Source: Eledone cirrhosa (lineage: Eukaryota). From it: a stretch of DNA of 64,000 nt. Below the pieces are notes generated by a model that made no database searches, was not told the DNA's origin, and saw only the letters and a program-made list of their open reading frames with translations. Position 1 is the first letter of the stretch, and the number at the start of each line of letters is the position of its first letter. Shown in pieces: positions 53,682-64,000 of the stretch. The stretch lies in the NCBI GenBank assembly GCA_964016885.1, contig OZ024747.1:84444001-84508000 (forward strand). Reading direction: 5' to 3'. Made by a program: the position numbers and the translations under genes.

Positions 53682-55058
53682 TCATCATCATCATCATCAT
53701 CATCGTTTAACGTCCGTGTTCCACGCTTGCATGGGTTTGGACGGGGGTTTTCCCACTTGAGGCAAGAGTGATTGTCTTGCTCGCATAGGACTGTCTGGCG
53801 GGTTTTCTACAGCTGGATGCCCTTCATAACACCAACCACATTTACAGTGTGGGGCTGGGAGGTTTTTACCGTGTTGCCTACACGGCCACATTACAGCGTG
53901 GACTGTGTGTTTTTTTGTCGTGACACCTACATGATCTCATTTGTTTCGGCCTGGATGTTGTGGCACCAACATAACTTTACATTGAAAGGGGCGGTGTGGA
54001 TGGGGTGTGGGGTGTGGGGGGGGGGGGTCTATTTTGTTAGAGATGCCTACTGACTGTAGTAGGTTTTACTTTGTATTTAGGTAAGGCGGGTCTTCTCTAT
54101 TACTGAGTACCGCCAAAGGTCTCGGTCCAGTGACATTGTCTTGGAGAGGTGTGTCTGAGGTCGGAATTTATCAGCTCGTCCCAGGTTTTTCTGGGTCTGC
54201 CTACTCCGTAGCTACCGTCTATCTTTATTGCCCTGCACTTTGTTATACAGCTGTCGTCTTTCATGTGCATCACGTGACCATACCAACGTAGCCTTCTCTC
54301 GAGTAAACTACATCTGATCCCTCTTATTTCTAATTTTTTCCTTAGTTCGCTTATGCTTTGCCGTTCATGTATGTTACTATTACACATACAGCGGAGCATG
54401 CAGGCTTCGTTCCTCTCTAGTCTGCGTATATCCTCTGCACACAATGCCCAGATCTCACTGCCATGCAACATTGCTGTTCGTATGCAGGCATCATACAACC
54501 TGCCTTTCATTTTTAGAGAGAACCCTTTAGTGGCTAATAGTGGTATAAGCTCTCTGAACTTTTTCCATCCAGTTCTGACTCTAGCTACTGTACTTTCAGA
54601 GCACCCTCCACCACTGCTGATTTTGTCACCCAGGTAACGAAAGCTATCCACTATTTCTATAGAACCCTCTGCGCAATTGAAAGAGCTAGTATTTTGTGGG
54701 CACTTGCTGCTACTTATTGCACCAGAGCACCGGCCACATGTAAAATCTATGTTCTTAGTTAGCTTACCTGTGATCCCACTACATCTTTTATGCACCCATA
54801 CTTTGCATTTGGGACATAAAATGGAGTTTCTACCTATACACTGAACATGGCCATTTCCCGGAAGGGACCGTCACCTTATTTTCTTTCCTACAAACTAGAA
54901 CTTTAGTCTTAGCCAGGTTAATTTTAAGCCCTTTTGATTCTAGGCCATGCTTCCATGTTTGGAATTTCTTCTCTAGCTCGGCCATTGATTCAGCTATGAG
55001 CGTTAGATCATCTGCGTATAGGAGTTCCCATGGGCAGCCGGTCTTGAACTCCTGTTAT
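53682..55058 (-). mobile_element. 5'-truncated RTE LINE (family B)
   Basis: [15 protein letters not shown] through the C-terminus (ORF 54100-54795) with small indels; (CAT)n tail; ~38-bp duplicated flank. Confidence 0.93.
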
Positions 55059-55202
55059 ATATATTACACACACAGAAATGTATATATATTTCTTAGAACA
55101 AAATTATTATTAATGTTTTGCTTTCATAACAATTGGAATTGAAAAATTACATTTATTAGTTATTTTACTAATGCTTAGATATGTAAAAATGAAGCAATGT
55201 TT

Positions 55203-55390
55203 CTAATAATTGTTTCTACTTTTGGCACAAGGCCAGCAATTACCCAGTACATTACTGGTACTTTATTTTATCGACCCCGTGAGGATGAAAGGCAAAGTTA
55301 ACCTCGGCGGTATTTGACCGTAAAGGGACGTAACTCCATGCTATGAAGCATGGTGTCCGACTCTATAGATTCTGCCAATCCACCGCCCTA
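55203..55390 (-). mobile_element. tRNA-derived SINE (Nin-like core family), near full length
   Basis: Reverse complement of the 41094 unit, from the GGCGGTGGATTGGCAG head to the GAAACAATTATTA tail. Confidence 0.82.
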
Positions 55391-56825
55391 ATGTCTGTAC
55401 GTAATGAGGGAGTGAGAGGGGAGAGAAAGAAAGGCAGAGGTGAAGTGACTCTCTCCTCCCACATTCATCACAGCGATAGAGGGGAGGAATGTTAGTGTGT
55501 TACAAAGAGAAAGAGTGAGAGTGAGAGAAACAGACAGACTAAAAGAGTGGGATAGCTGGAGAGAGAGAGAGAGATAGCAACCACGCGCGCACGTGTTTCC
55601 ACTGTCGGACAGACAGACAGAGAAATTGCTGGTTATATATTATGTAAATTATATTACAATTGGAATTAGATTTTAACAGTAGCAGTGATTGAGAAATATA
55701 TTTTCTTTCGAATTTTCATTTGGCTACCTTACACCTAACAATGTCATATGTTCACTAGATCATCATCGTTTTAATGTCTACTTTCCCTGCTAGCACAAGT
55801 TGGATAGCTCTATGCAGACTGATCTAGACAAGTCAGGGATCTGTATCTCACTTATGTACAGTCTCATGTTCTACTGGGTCCACAGGAGAGGTTATCATGT
55901 CTGACACAACTGAGGGCTATCCCAATACTTTGTTTGGAAAGCTTTCTATAGCTGGATGCCCTTCCTATTACCAACTGCTTTATAGCATGTATTGGCTGCA
56001 TTTACTGTGTAGATCACAAAACACTAGTATCACAAGCCCTCCAAGGCTGGATGCTTTTCCCCCATCACCAACTTAACAAGGGGACAATAGTGTAGTGATA
56101 TTGAGAATAGCTGTGAGTGCTAGTGGAAGGGGGTAGACATGGGTGTAAGTCAGCCACATGTCTTAAGTGTGTTCTTTGTGCCCACCTTCCCTTAGCATCT
56201 GCCACATGTCAAGTTTATCTTTTCCATTAATGCAATCCCATTACATCACTTGTGCGTCCATAGTTTACATTGGGGAAATGTTTGCCCATCCCTTTGATAT
56301 ATCAAACAAGACCACTTTCCTGATGGTATGCACTTCCTGTGTTCTTTCCTACTTAAGACTGTATATTTCTCACACTTATGTTGATTCACAAATTATATCA
56401 GCCTCTTTACAGGGAGTCAGGAAGGAATTATGCTATAAATTTTTTTTAATTATATAAATCTAAGCCAACGATTGAATCATTCATTTGATGAAATACATGC
56501 ATACAAACGTTCTCAACTTTAATATTTATGATGATGTATCTAAGATTCAGACATATATCCAATAATAGTATGGTGCAATATTTCACTTTCAGATTTGTGT
56601 ATTTATTTATAACATACTTATACAGAGATGTTATCCCATCATGTAAAATAGTATACCTCTCTGGAAATATCTTAAGACTGAATATATTTTGAAAGAAAGA
56701 TTTTATTTAAAATATTACAGCATATAGTTGTGAATTATATAAAATATTTGTTCTGGCAATCTTATAACCAATTTATGGTTATAAGAGATACTTTTATTTC
56801 ATTATGATTTTATAAAGGGATACAA

Positions 56826-57929
56826 CTACTCTTCTTCCTGAATACATATATGTGTAGTTAAATGACCTTTTCGAGAGAATGATTTACCACAGCTATCACA
56901 GTTATATGGCTTCTCACCTGTATGGATGTGTTTGTGCTTCATCATGTGATCCTTTCGAGAGAATGATTTACCACAGATATCACAGCAATGTGGTTTCTCC
57001 CCTGTATGGATGCGTTTGTGTTCAGTTAAGTGATTACTTCGAGAGAATGCTTTCCCACAGATACCACAATGATATGGCTTTTCTCCTGTATGAACACGTC
57101 TGTGAGTAGTTAAAGAAATTCCATGAGAGAATGATTTACCACAAATATCACAATGATATGGCCTTTCTCCTGTATGAATGCGTTTGTGAGAAGTTAATTC
57201 ACAATTTTGGGAGAATGATTTACCACAAATATCACAGCGATATGGTTTCTCTCCTGTATGAATACGTTGATGAGTAGTTAAGTAATCCTTTCGAGAGAAT
57301 GATTTACCACAAATAACACAGCAATGTGGCTTCTCTCCTGTATGAATACGTTTGTGATTATTTAAGTGACTTGTTTGATTGAATAATTTACCACAGATAC
57401 GACAGTGGTATGGTACCTCTCCAGTATGAATACGTTTATGAGTGGTTAAATGGCTTGACTGAGAGAATAATTTACCACAGATTTGACAATGATATGGTTT
57501 CTCTCCTGTATGAATATATCTGTGGCTATTCAAGTGATTATTTCGAGCAAATATTTTACCACAAATATCACAGTTATACGATTTCTCTCCTGAATGAATA
57601 CGTTTGTGTTGAGTTAATGAATTTCCATGAGCAAATGTTTTACCACAGGTATCACAATTATATGGCTTCTCTCCTGTATGAATGCGTTTGTGTGTAGTTA
57701 AGGTAATTCCATGAGCAAATGATTTACCACAGATATCGCAATGATATGGCTTCTCTCCTGTATGAATGCGTTTATGTATATTCAAGGCACTTGCTTTAGA
57801 AAATGACTTTGTACAGATATCACAGTGAAATGATGCTTTTCCTTTCCCTTTCTTTATTTTGACAGGAAAATCAATTTTTATAGATTGTGTTTTACGTTTA
57901 ACTTTGTTCTTACAAAATTCATTTTCCAT
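56826..57929 (-). CDS. Tandem C2H2 zinc-finger protein (12 fingers, single coding exon, 367 aa)
   Basis: Twelve C-x2-C...H repeats with HTGEKPY-type linkers; the last finger ends HIC instead of H-x3-H. A likely 5' UTR splice acceptor lies at ~58241 on the minus strand. Confidence 0.95.
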   Translation of the reverse strand: MENEFCKNKVKRKTQSIKIDFPVKIKKGKGKASFHCDICTKSFSKASALNIHKRIHTGEKPYHCDICGKSFAHGITLTTHKRIHTGEKPYNCDTCGKTFAHGNSLTQHKRIHSGEKSYNCDICGKIFARNNHLNSHRYIHTGEKPYHCQICGKLFSQSSHLTTHKRIHTGEVPYHCRICGKLFNQTSHLNNHKRIHTGEKPHCCVICGKSFSRKDYLTTHQRIHTGEKPYRCDICGKSFSQNCELTSHKRIHTGERPYHCDICGKSFSHGISLTTHRRVHTGEKPYHCGICGKAFSRSNHLTEHKRIHTGEKPHCCDICGKSFSRKDHMMKHKHIHTGEKPYNCDSCGKSFSRKGHLTTHICIQEEE

Positions 57930-60699
57930 AATTTTCTCTAAACATAATATACAGATGTTTTCTTTTAGTTTCTATATCTTATTCCTAACAAATATTTCTA
58001 CTGGTATATTTCTATCAATATCTGAAGATAGTGAAAACTTCTTTGTAATTTTAAGTTTAATTAGAATTCAAAATCATTTTATACACATTCTAAACAGTGA
58101 AAATGGGAAATATTTCACAGTAATTCTACCACTTATTTTATAAACAGAGTTATGTATCAGCTTCCTTTAGTTTTTATAAGATAAGTATTATTGATATATC
58201 TGCAGCAAAAGATTCTTTTATTCCAATGTCATCCAATACTCTGAAATGATAAAGAAACAATATTAGATATAAAGGATATTTAAAAAGTAGATACAGCAGT
58301 GGAAATTTCCATATTGATAAACTGTAGATAACCTCTATTCAAACATTTAAAAGTTTTCTTTTAATTTATTAAAGTTACATCATAGATTTGTTTTGTAAAA
58401 TCTATGTACTTACAGACTACAGCTACATCTTGAGATTGTGTAACGCTATATATCTGTTTAACTAAAGAGTAGTGGACAATAGCTGTCTTCTCTCTCCCAT
58501 ATTATTTGTCAGAAATGTTTAGTACATTTTTTGAAAAAATATATTCAATCCAATCATAATCTACGTGGTGTATTCAGTGGGGAAAATAAACCTATTTAAT
58601 TAAGAAATAAAAACACATAGCTATAACAAAGTCATGTAGGTATTAATTATTTTTCAATATATGAACCATTTTTCCCCGTATATTTTCTCACTACTTATAG
58701 AACGCACCATGGTACGTTGCTTAAACTGTTATCTGGAACTTTAAAGTTAGAGCGGGGAGGCCATTTTTTTTTTTTTTTTTTTTTTTTAAATCGTAATCTC
58801 CTACAATTGAAAATGTAGAAATATGAATAAAGTTTTGAATAACTAAAAGTTACGAAGGAAGGGGTGTGAATTTTTTATTTATAAAGAATTGTAATCTCCT
58901 CTGTTTGAAATATAATATAATATAAGGAGAAATATTTTCGAGAATATGGTAACTGTTGCAAATTGAGTAATGGGCAGCAGATTTTGTCGTTATTTAATTT
59001 TGCAGAATCTTAATTTTTTATGTATAAAACAAAAATCCGTCAAGATTGTCAGGAAAAACGGAGGCTTTTTCTGAAATCCATCCAAGGAAAATCAACGTGA
59101 ACAAGGTGAAATTATACAGTTGAGGGGTATATGGAATAAACATAAATAACGGGACTGAAAGAATTAGAATATATCTCCTGAAAACTAAGTTTGAGGTTAA
59201 ATCTTATTTTAGATCGTAAAACAAGTTACTGGATTCTGTATTAGCAGTTGCCAGAGCAGTATTAAATATTAATAAATATTAAGAAATAAGCACGTGGAAA
59301 CAGACATAAACGACAAACGAATATAAGCATCTATTCTCTTCATCAACCTCTAGGATATACATTCATACATATACTAAATTTTTTTTAAACACACACATAT
59401 ATATTACACATATGCTGCAACACTGACTTCGATTCTACTTAGTTTATCAACACGCTGCACCACTACAAACGCCTTAACTCCAGTAAGTTACTGTCACTTA
59501 TTTTGAGACCTAAAATAAGACTTAACCTGGTTTTGAATGAAGAGAGAATTAAATAATTTTAAGAAAACAGAATCTTGTTGGGAACAAGAATAGTAGAGAT
59601 GAAGTAGAAATGTAATTATAAAAAAAAGAGATATTCTATAAAAGAACTGTGTATAATATATAAATAATACGTACATAACAATGCAGTTTATATGAAATAA
59701 TAAGTAGATACAGAAGTTGTGAAAGTTGAAATTATGAGGACGCTAAGAAAAACATTCAACTATTTCTTACCATAACTCTTTTTTATTCGTCTGGTTAATG
59801 AACAATGTCTTGAATTAACAACAGGGGTTAATTGTTTATCATTAACGTAGTATAAATAAATGTAAAGAAAGAATTACCTCCAATGTATATATATATTTAA
59901 CGAAGTGCGGCTCACATGCCGCTACATACATTGATCACATGGGGAAAATTGACCTCTAATCACAAGAGAGTGTTATTTAGTTACTCTTAGTGATAATTGT
60001 TCTTTGCATACACATTTACAGTTCTTGAAATAAATACAAATATGTTTTGTTTTCGTTATTAAAAAGTTTCTCGTTGTTGTTTAACCTTGGTGTTGGGATT
60101 CCAGATTAAATTTGCTCCTAATTCCTGTAACTTGAAATTCAGATTACCGAGAAGTAAGATGAAAAAGATTTCAAGTAAAAAAAAAATACTTAAACGCTGA
60201 TTGAAAAATAGTTTACAAGGAACACATATTTAAAAAAAAAGAGAGAATTATTCCGTTCGGCTATAGACGCTGTGACCTTCACTTTTACCGCATCATACCG
60301 GTTGTGAGAGAAAGCAAAAGAGTCACTGACTGTGGCGTCCCAAATGAGACATCTACCTCTTATTCAGGGACAAGGGGTAAGGCCATCTAGTCTCTTACCA
60401 TAAACTCTGGAAAAACCAGCTGTCTGTAGAATTGAGGGGGTATTTACCCGAGCCAGGGCCCACTTAAATGTCTCTCAATTTCAGATGGCATAGAGGTAAT
60501 TTGAAATGGAAGGAAGTTTTTACACCTGATTAGGTTTGATACTAATCTAAATGATATTGGCAAATTTATAAGATATTTGCATCATAAAAAGCGAAGGGAC
60601 CTACCTTTGCGTCTCCACACATGTCCAGATGAATCTCCTTGCACAAATGTCCACCTGTTTCATTCACTCATTCACAGCAGTCATAAAAAATACGTCCGC

Positions 60700-62420
60700 A
60701 CACAATGCCGCTTGTAGATCAAAAGAGGCCTTGAGACCTCCCACACTTACAATTTGATGTCACTGGCTCCTCGCTTCTGGCAAGAGCTCCCTTGCACTTC
60801 CGTCACCCTAGCCCCACATACCCCCCTGATCTCAAGAATCAATCACCCCATAATATCACTCCATACCAAAGTCCATCATCCACTAGGGTGAGCAGCATTC
60901 TATTCATATCTATATATCGTCCTGTATGACTTCATCTCCTCAGGCTGTCCCACCGAAGGTGACATATTATACCAGAACAATACCATTAGAAAAATGTGTC
61001 CATTCTCCGTCATGGATTTGATCGTGCGATACTGTCTCTACACAATTCCATTTCCACTCGGCCTGTATGCCGCTCTGAAGAAGTGGCTCACATTCCACCC
61101 ATTGAGCATCTCCTTCAGCACCTTCAAGTGAAATGTTGTGCTGTTGTCAATCAACAATTCACTCACAGGGCCCCGCTCCAAGAATATCTCTTTCAGCATC
61201 CATGCAATTTCTTCCGCAATCTTCATTTTCATCTCCCTCCATATTACCAATCGACCATTGAGAGATATCTTCCCTGTCGGTACTGTGTCACATCCACTGA
61301 CAATTGCTTTCTGTTGTGCTTCACTGGGATGTTACTCATCCCGTGCATGCCTGAGGCAAGGTCGATAGACTGACAACTGTCGCAACTCCCAACCACTTTC
61401 TGGACACTGTCTGGTAATGTCAGAGTCAACTTTTCTGGCTAGGAACAGGGTCCTATCCACTCCCATATGATGTATGGTATGCAACTTCCTCAACTCCAAG
61501 TCACTCAGCCCACACACTGTAACTAACCGCTTTTCCACATTCTCTGGCACTTCCAGCCCATCTTTCTTCACCCTGGTTAGGCTGTCTGCCCTATTTTTCT
61601 CTGAGGGCACAAAGACTACACTGAACTTCATGCCAAACTCAGCAGTCAGCTCTTCCAGAGTTCCCAGGCAGCACTTTATTAGCATTTCTGCTACCCCTCT
61701 CATTTGTAAGCACTGATCTCGCCCATCCAAGTACAGTGGCTGAATCAAAATGAATCTCTATGGTAAGCAGCCCCCATCTTGGGGCGAGATTCACTCCCTT
61801 CAGCACAGCATCCAATGTTGATGTGCTTTTGCAGTCCTACTTCTTCCTAAGCCAGGCTGCGTCTTTGACCTCAATACACCCTATTTCCAGAACAACCCCT
61901 AGCACTATGCTACTGGCATCATACCATATAGTCCAATTCTCCAATTTGAGTATATATTAGCTTCCTACACAACCCACTAGACATAAGGATGGATTGCAGC
62001 ATCATCACAGACGATTGCCATCTCTTACTGATTCTTCATTGTCATCCCATCTGCATCCATGACTTCATAGATGACTTTGTAGACCAGCTGTAGATCTGCA
62101 TGGTTTACCACACAGGTGACAGAAGAGAGTTGTGCTTTCCATAGGACTGGTGGGGTCACCCTGTGGGACACAATCGTTAAACACCACCATGTGTTTTTTT
62201 TAGTCCAGAACTGGTTCTACACACTTTGTTGCATATCACGCACATTGTTTAGCCAGGTCTTTCTTGAGTGGTGTTGCAGGTGATTATCTTTTCATGTGAC
62301 TTCGGGTGATTAACATAACCAGCTTTTTAGCGGAGTACACGCTGACAGAAATTGTATGTCCAACTACTGATGACTTAATCAAGACTGTGAGCACAACCCT
62401 TCAGGAGCTGATGTTTCATA
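60700..62420 (-). mobile_element. Decayed Ty3/Gypsy LTR retrotransposon pol
   Basis: RNase H-like DASSIVLGVVLE (~61890-61920), SEKNRADSLTR, HHCC (LHTIHHMG...CDSCQ), integrase core ELLIDNSTTF and FRAAYRPSGNGIV; frameshifted; no LTRs recognised. Confidence 0.85.
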
Positions 62421-63011
62421 CATCATCATCATCATCGTTTAACGTCCATCTTCCACGCTTGCATGGGTTTGGACGGGAGGTTTCCCACTTGAGGCAAGAT
62501 TTGTTGTCCTGCTCGTATAGGACTGTCTGACAGGTTTTCTATGGCTGGATGCCCTTCCTAACACCAACCACGTTTACAGTGTGGACTGGAACGTTTTTAC
62601 CGTGTTACCTACACGGCCACATTACAGCGTGGACTGTGTGTTTTTTTGTCGTGACACCTACACGATCTCATTTGTTTCGGACTGGATGTTGTGGTGCCAA
62701 CATAACTTCACATTTAAGGGGGGGGGGGGGGGGGGTATTTTGTTAGAGGTGCCTACTGACTGTAGGTTTCGCTTTGTACTTAGGCAAGGTGGGTCTTCTG
62801 TATTACTGTGTAGCGCCAAAGATCTCGGTCCAGTGATATTGTCTTGGAGAGGAGTAAGTGTGTGAGTCGGAATTTATCAAGTCGTCCCAGGTTTTTCTGG
62901 GCCTGCCTACTCCGTGGCTACCGTCTATTTTTATCGCCCTGCACTTTTTTATACAGCTGTCGTCTTTCATGTGCATCACCTGACCGTACCAACATAGTCT
63001 TCTCTCGAGTA
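62421..63011 (-). mobile_element. 5'-truncated RTE LINE (family B)
   Basis: LERRLCWYGQVMHMKDD...GRPRKTW; (CAT)n tail abuts the Gypsy remnant. Confidence 0.92.
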
Positions 63012-63179
63012 CATACTTACATATATGCTTATGTGTGTGTGGTTGAATGTATGTATTTGTGTTTATATCCCATAACTTAACAGTTTGACAAAAAGAGATC
63101 AATAAACTAAGTAATATATATATATATATAAAGGGTAAAGTCTATAAATGACCATGTATTTTGCATCTAGAGTGTTCCC

Positions 63180-63366
63180 TTCCGAGGCACAAGCCACTGA
63201 TGTTATCCAAGGGAAAATCAAAGGCAGATGATACTTGGCATCAGTATCATCTTATATTTTCCAGCTGAGTGAACTGGAGCAATGTGAAATAAAGTGTCTT
63301 GCTGAAAGACAATGCGCTTTCTGGTCTGGGAATTGAACTCACAACCTCACAATTGTGAACCCAACA

Positions 63367-63367
<1 letters not shown>
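63180..63367 (-). mobile_element. tRNA/CORE-like SINE fragment
   Basis: Reverse complement of the head and body of the 29787 SINE (GGTTGTGAGTTCAATTCC...GCAAGACACTTTATTTCACATTGCTCCAG). Confidence 0.78.
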
Positions 63368-63407
<40 letters not shown>

Positions 63408-63413
<6 letters not shown>

Positions 63414-63533
63414 AAAAAAGGAAAAGAATGACTTCACTTGTAGTTCTAAACAATTTAATTTAATTTTATATATAAAATTAAATTAAATTGTTTGGAACTA
63501 CAAGTGAAGTCATTCTTTTCCTTTTTTTAAATA
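63408..63533. repeat. ~126-bp near-perfect palindrome
   Basis: AAAGGAAAAGAATGACTTCACTTGTAGTTC...TATA|TATA...GAACTACAAGTGAAGTCATTCTTTTCCTTT, centred at 63470/63471. Confidence 0.93.
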
Positions 63534-63574
63534 TACCTAACTGTACCAAGGATTTCATACATTTTCCAATATAC

Positions 63575-63606
<32 letters not shown>

Positions 63607-63741
63607 AACTTTGGTCAAAATCCCAATTTAAGATGTTTAAGTATTAGAGACATAACTTTATATAATGTATACACACTTCAACAGCATTCTAATAAATATG
63701 TGAATAAATTTTGGGGAGACACCCTGTATATATAAATATAT

Positions 63742-63809
<68 letters not shown>

Positions 63810-63954
63810 CCAAAAGTTAAACAAGGTTAATTGATTAATCAATGAATATAGTTTTACAATAGATTAGAAGCACTCAACAAAAACGTTTTCTGGAGTTATT
63901 AATATTGGAATTGAACCATCAGCACAGTTGAGGTCTGTCATATATCAATTTATA

Positions 63955-64000
63955 TATTTTATCTGATGAGGACGTACTGAAAAAACAGCACAGTACCTCC
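63955..64000 (+). ncRNA. Hammerhead ribozyme motif cut by the window edge (Penelope-like fragment from ~63808)
   Basis: CTGATGA (63963-63969), then stem II GGA-c-GTACTG / CAGTAC-c-TCC ending exactly at 64000; GAAA is expected next. Confidence 0.6.

Noticed and set aside
56879-58143. Plus-strand ORFs over the zinc-finger gene
   Set aside because: They are antisense shadows of the periodic C2H2 repeat or AT-rich chance ORFs.
60700-62420. Domesticated integrase gene or intact LTR element
   Set aside because: Multiple frameshifts and stops, no LTR pair recognised, and an RTE copy abuts its upstream end.

Overview
AT-rich, repeat-dense metazoan genomic DNA. An octopus/coleoid cephalopod origin is inferred from the huge interrupted (TA)n arrays, the SINE/RTE repertoire and a tandem C2H2 zinc-finger gene. 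The main gene is PAN2 (poly(A) deadenylase, + strand). I traced 21 GT-AG exons from 21433 to the stop at 51091, in one continuous frame of about 987 aa (WD40 tail, inactive USP-like domain, DEDDh nuclease). The N-terminal exons were not found and presumably lie upstream, which would make 1-21432 intronic. A 12-finger C2H2 gene (56826-57929, -) converges on PAN2. The rest is transposon-derived: an RTE LINE with an intact 1039-aa ORF (endonuclease, RT, inserted PHD-type finger) preceded by a 5.3-kb higher-order tandem array; about ten truncated RTE copies, mostly in (TA)n; CR1-group fragments; tRNA-derived SINEs; non-autonomous Helitrons; TTAA MITEs; Penelope-like fragments with hammerhead motifs; and a decayed Gypsy pol. 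Best leads: (1) a frame-required PAN2 exon encoding a Nab2/ZC3H14-type CCCH finger inside the pseudo-USP domain; (2) the array-headed, PHD-bearing, (TA)n-associated RTE and its covarying 3' stem-loop; (3) hammerhead motifs; (4) long inverted RTE pairs in PAN2 introns. All calls were made by eye; no database search was run.
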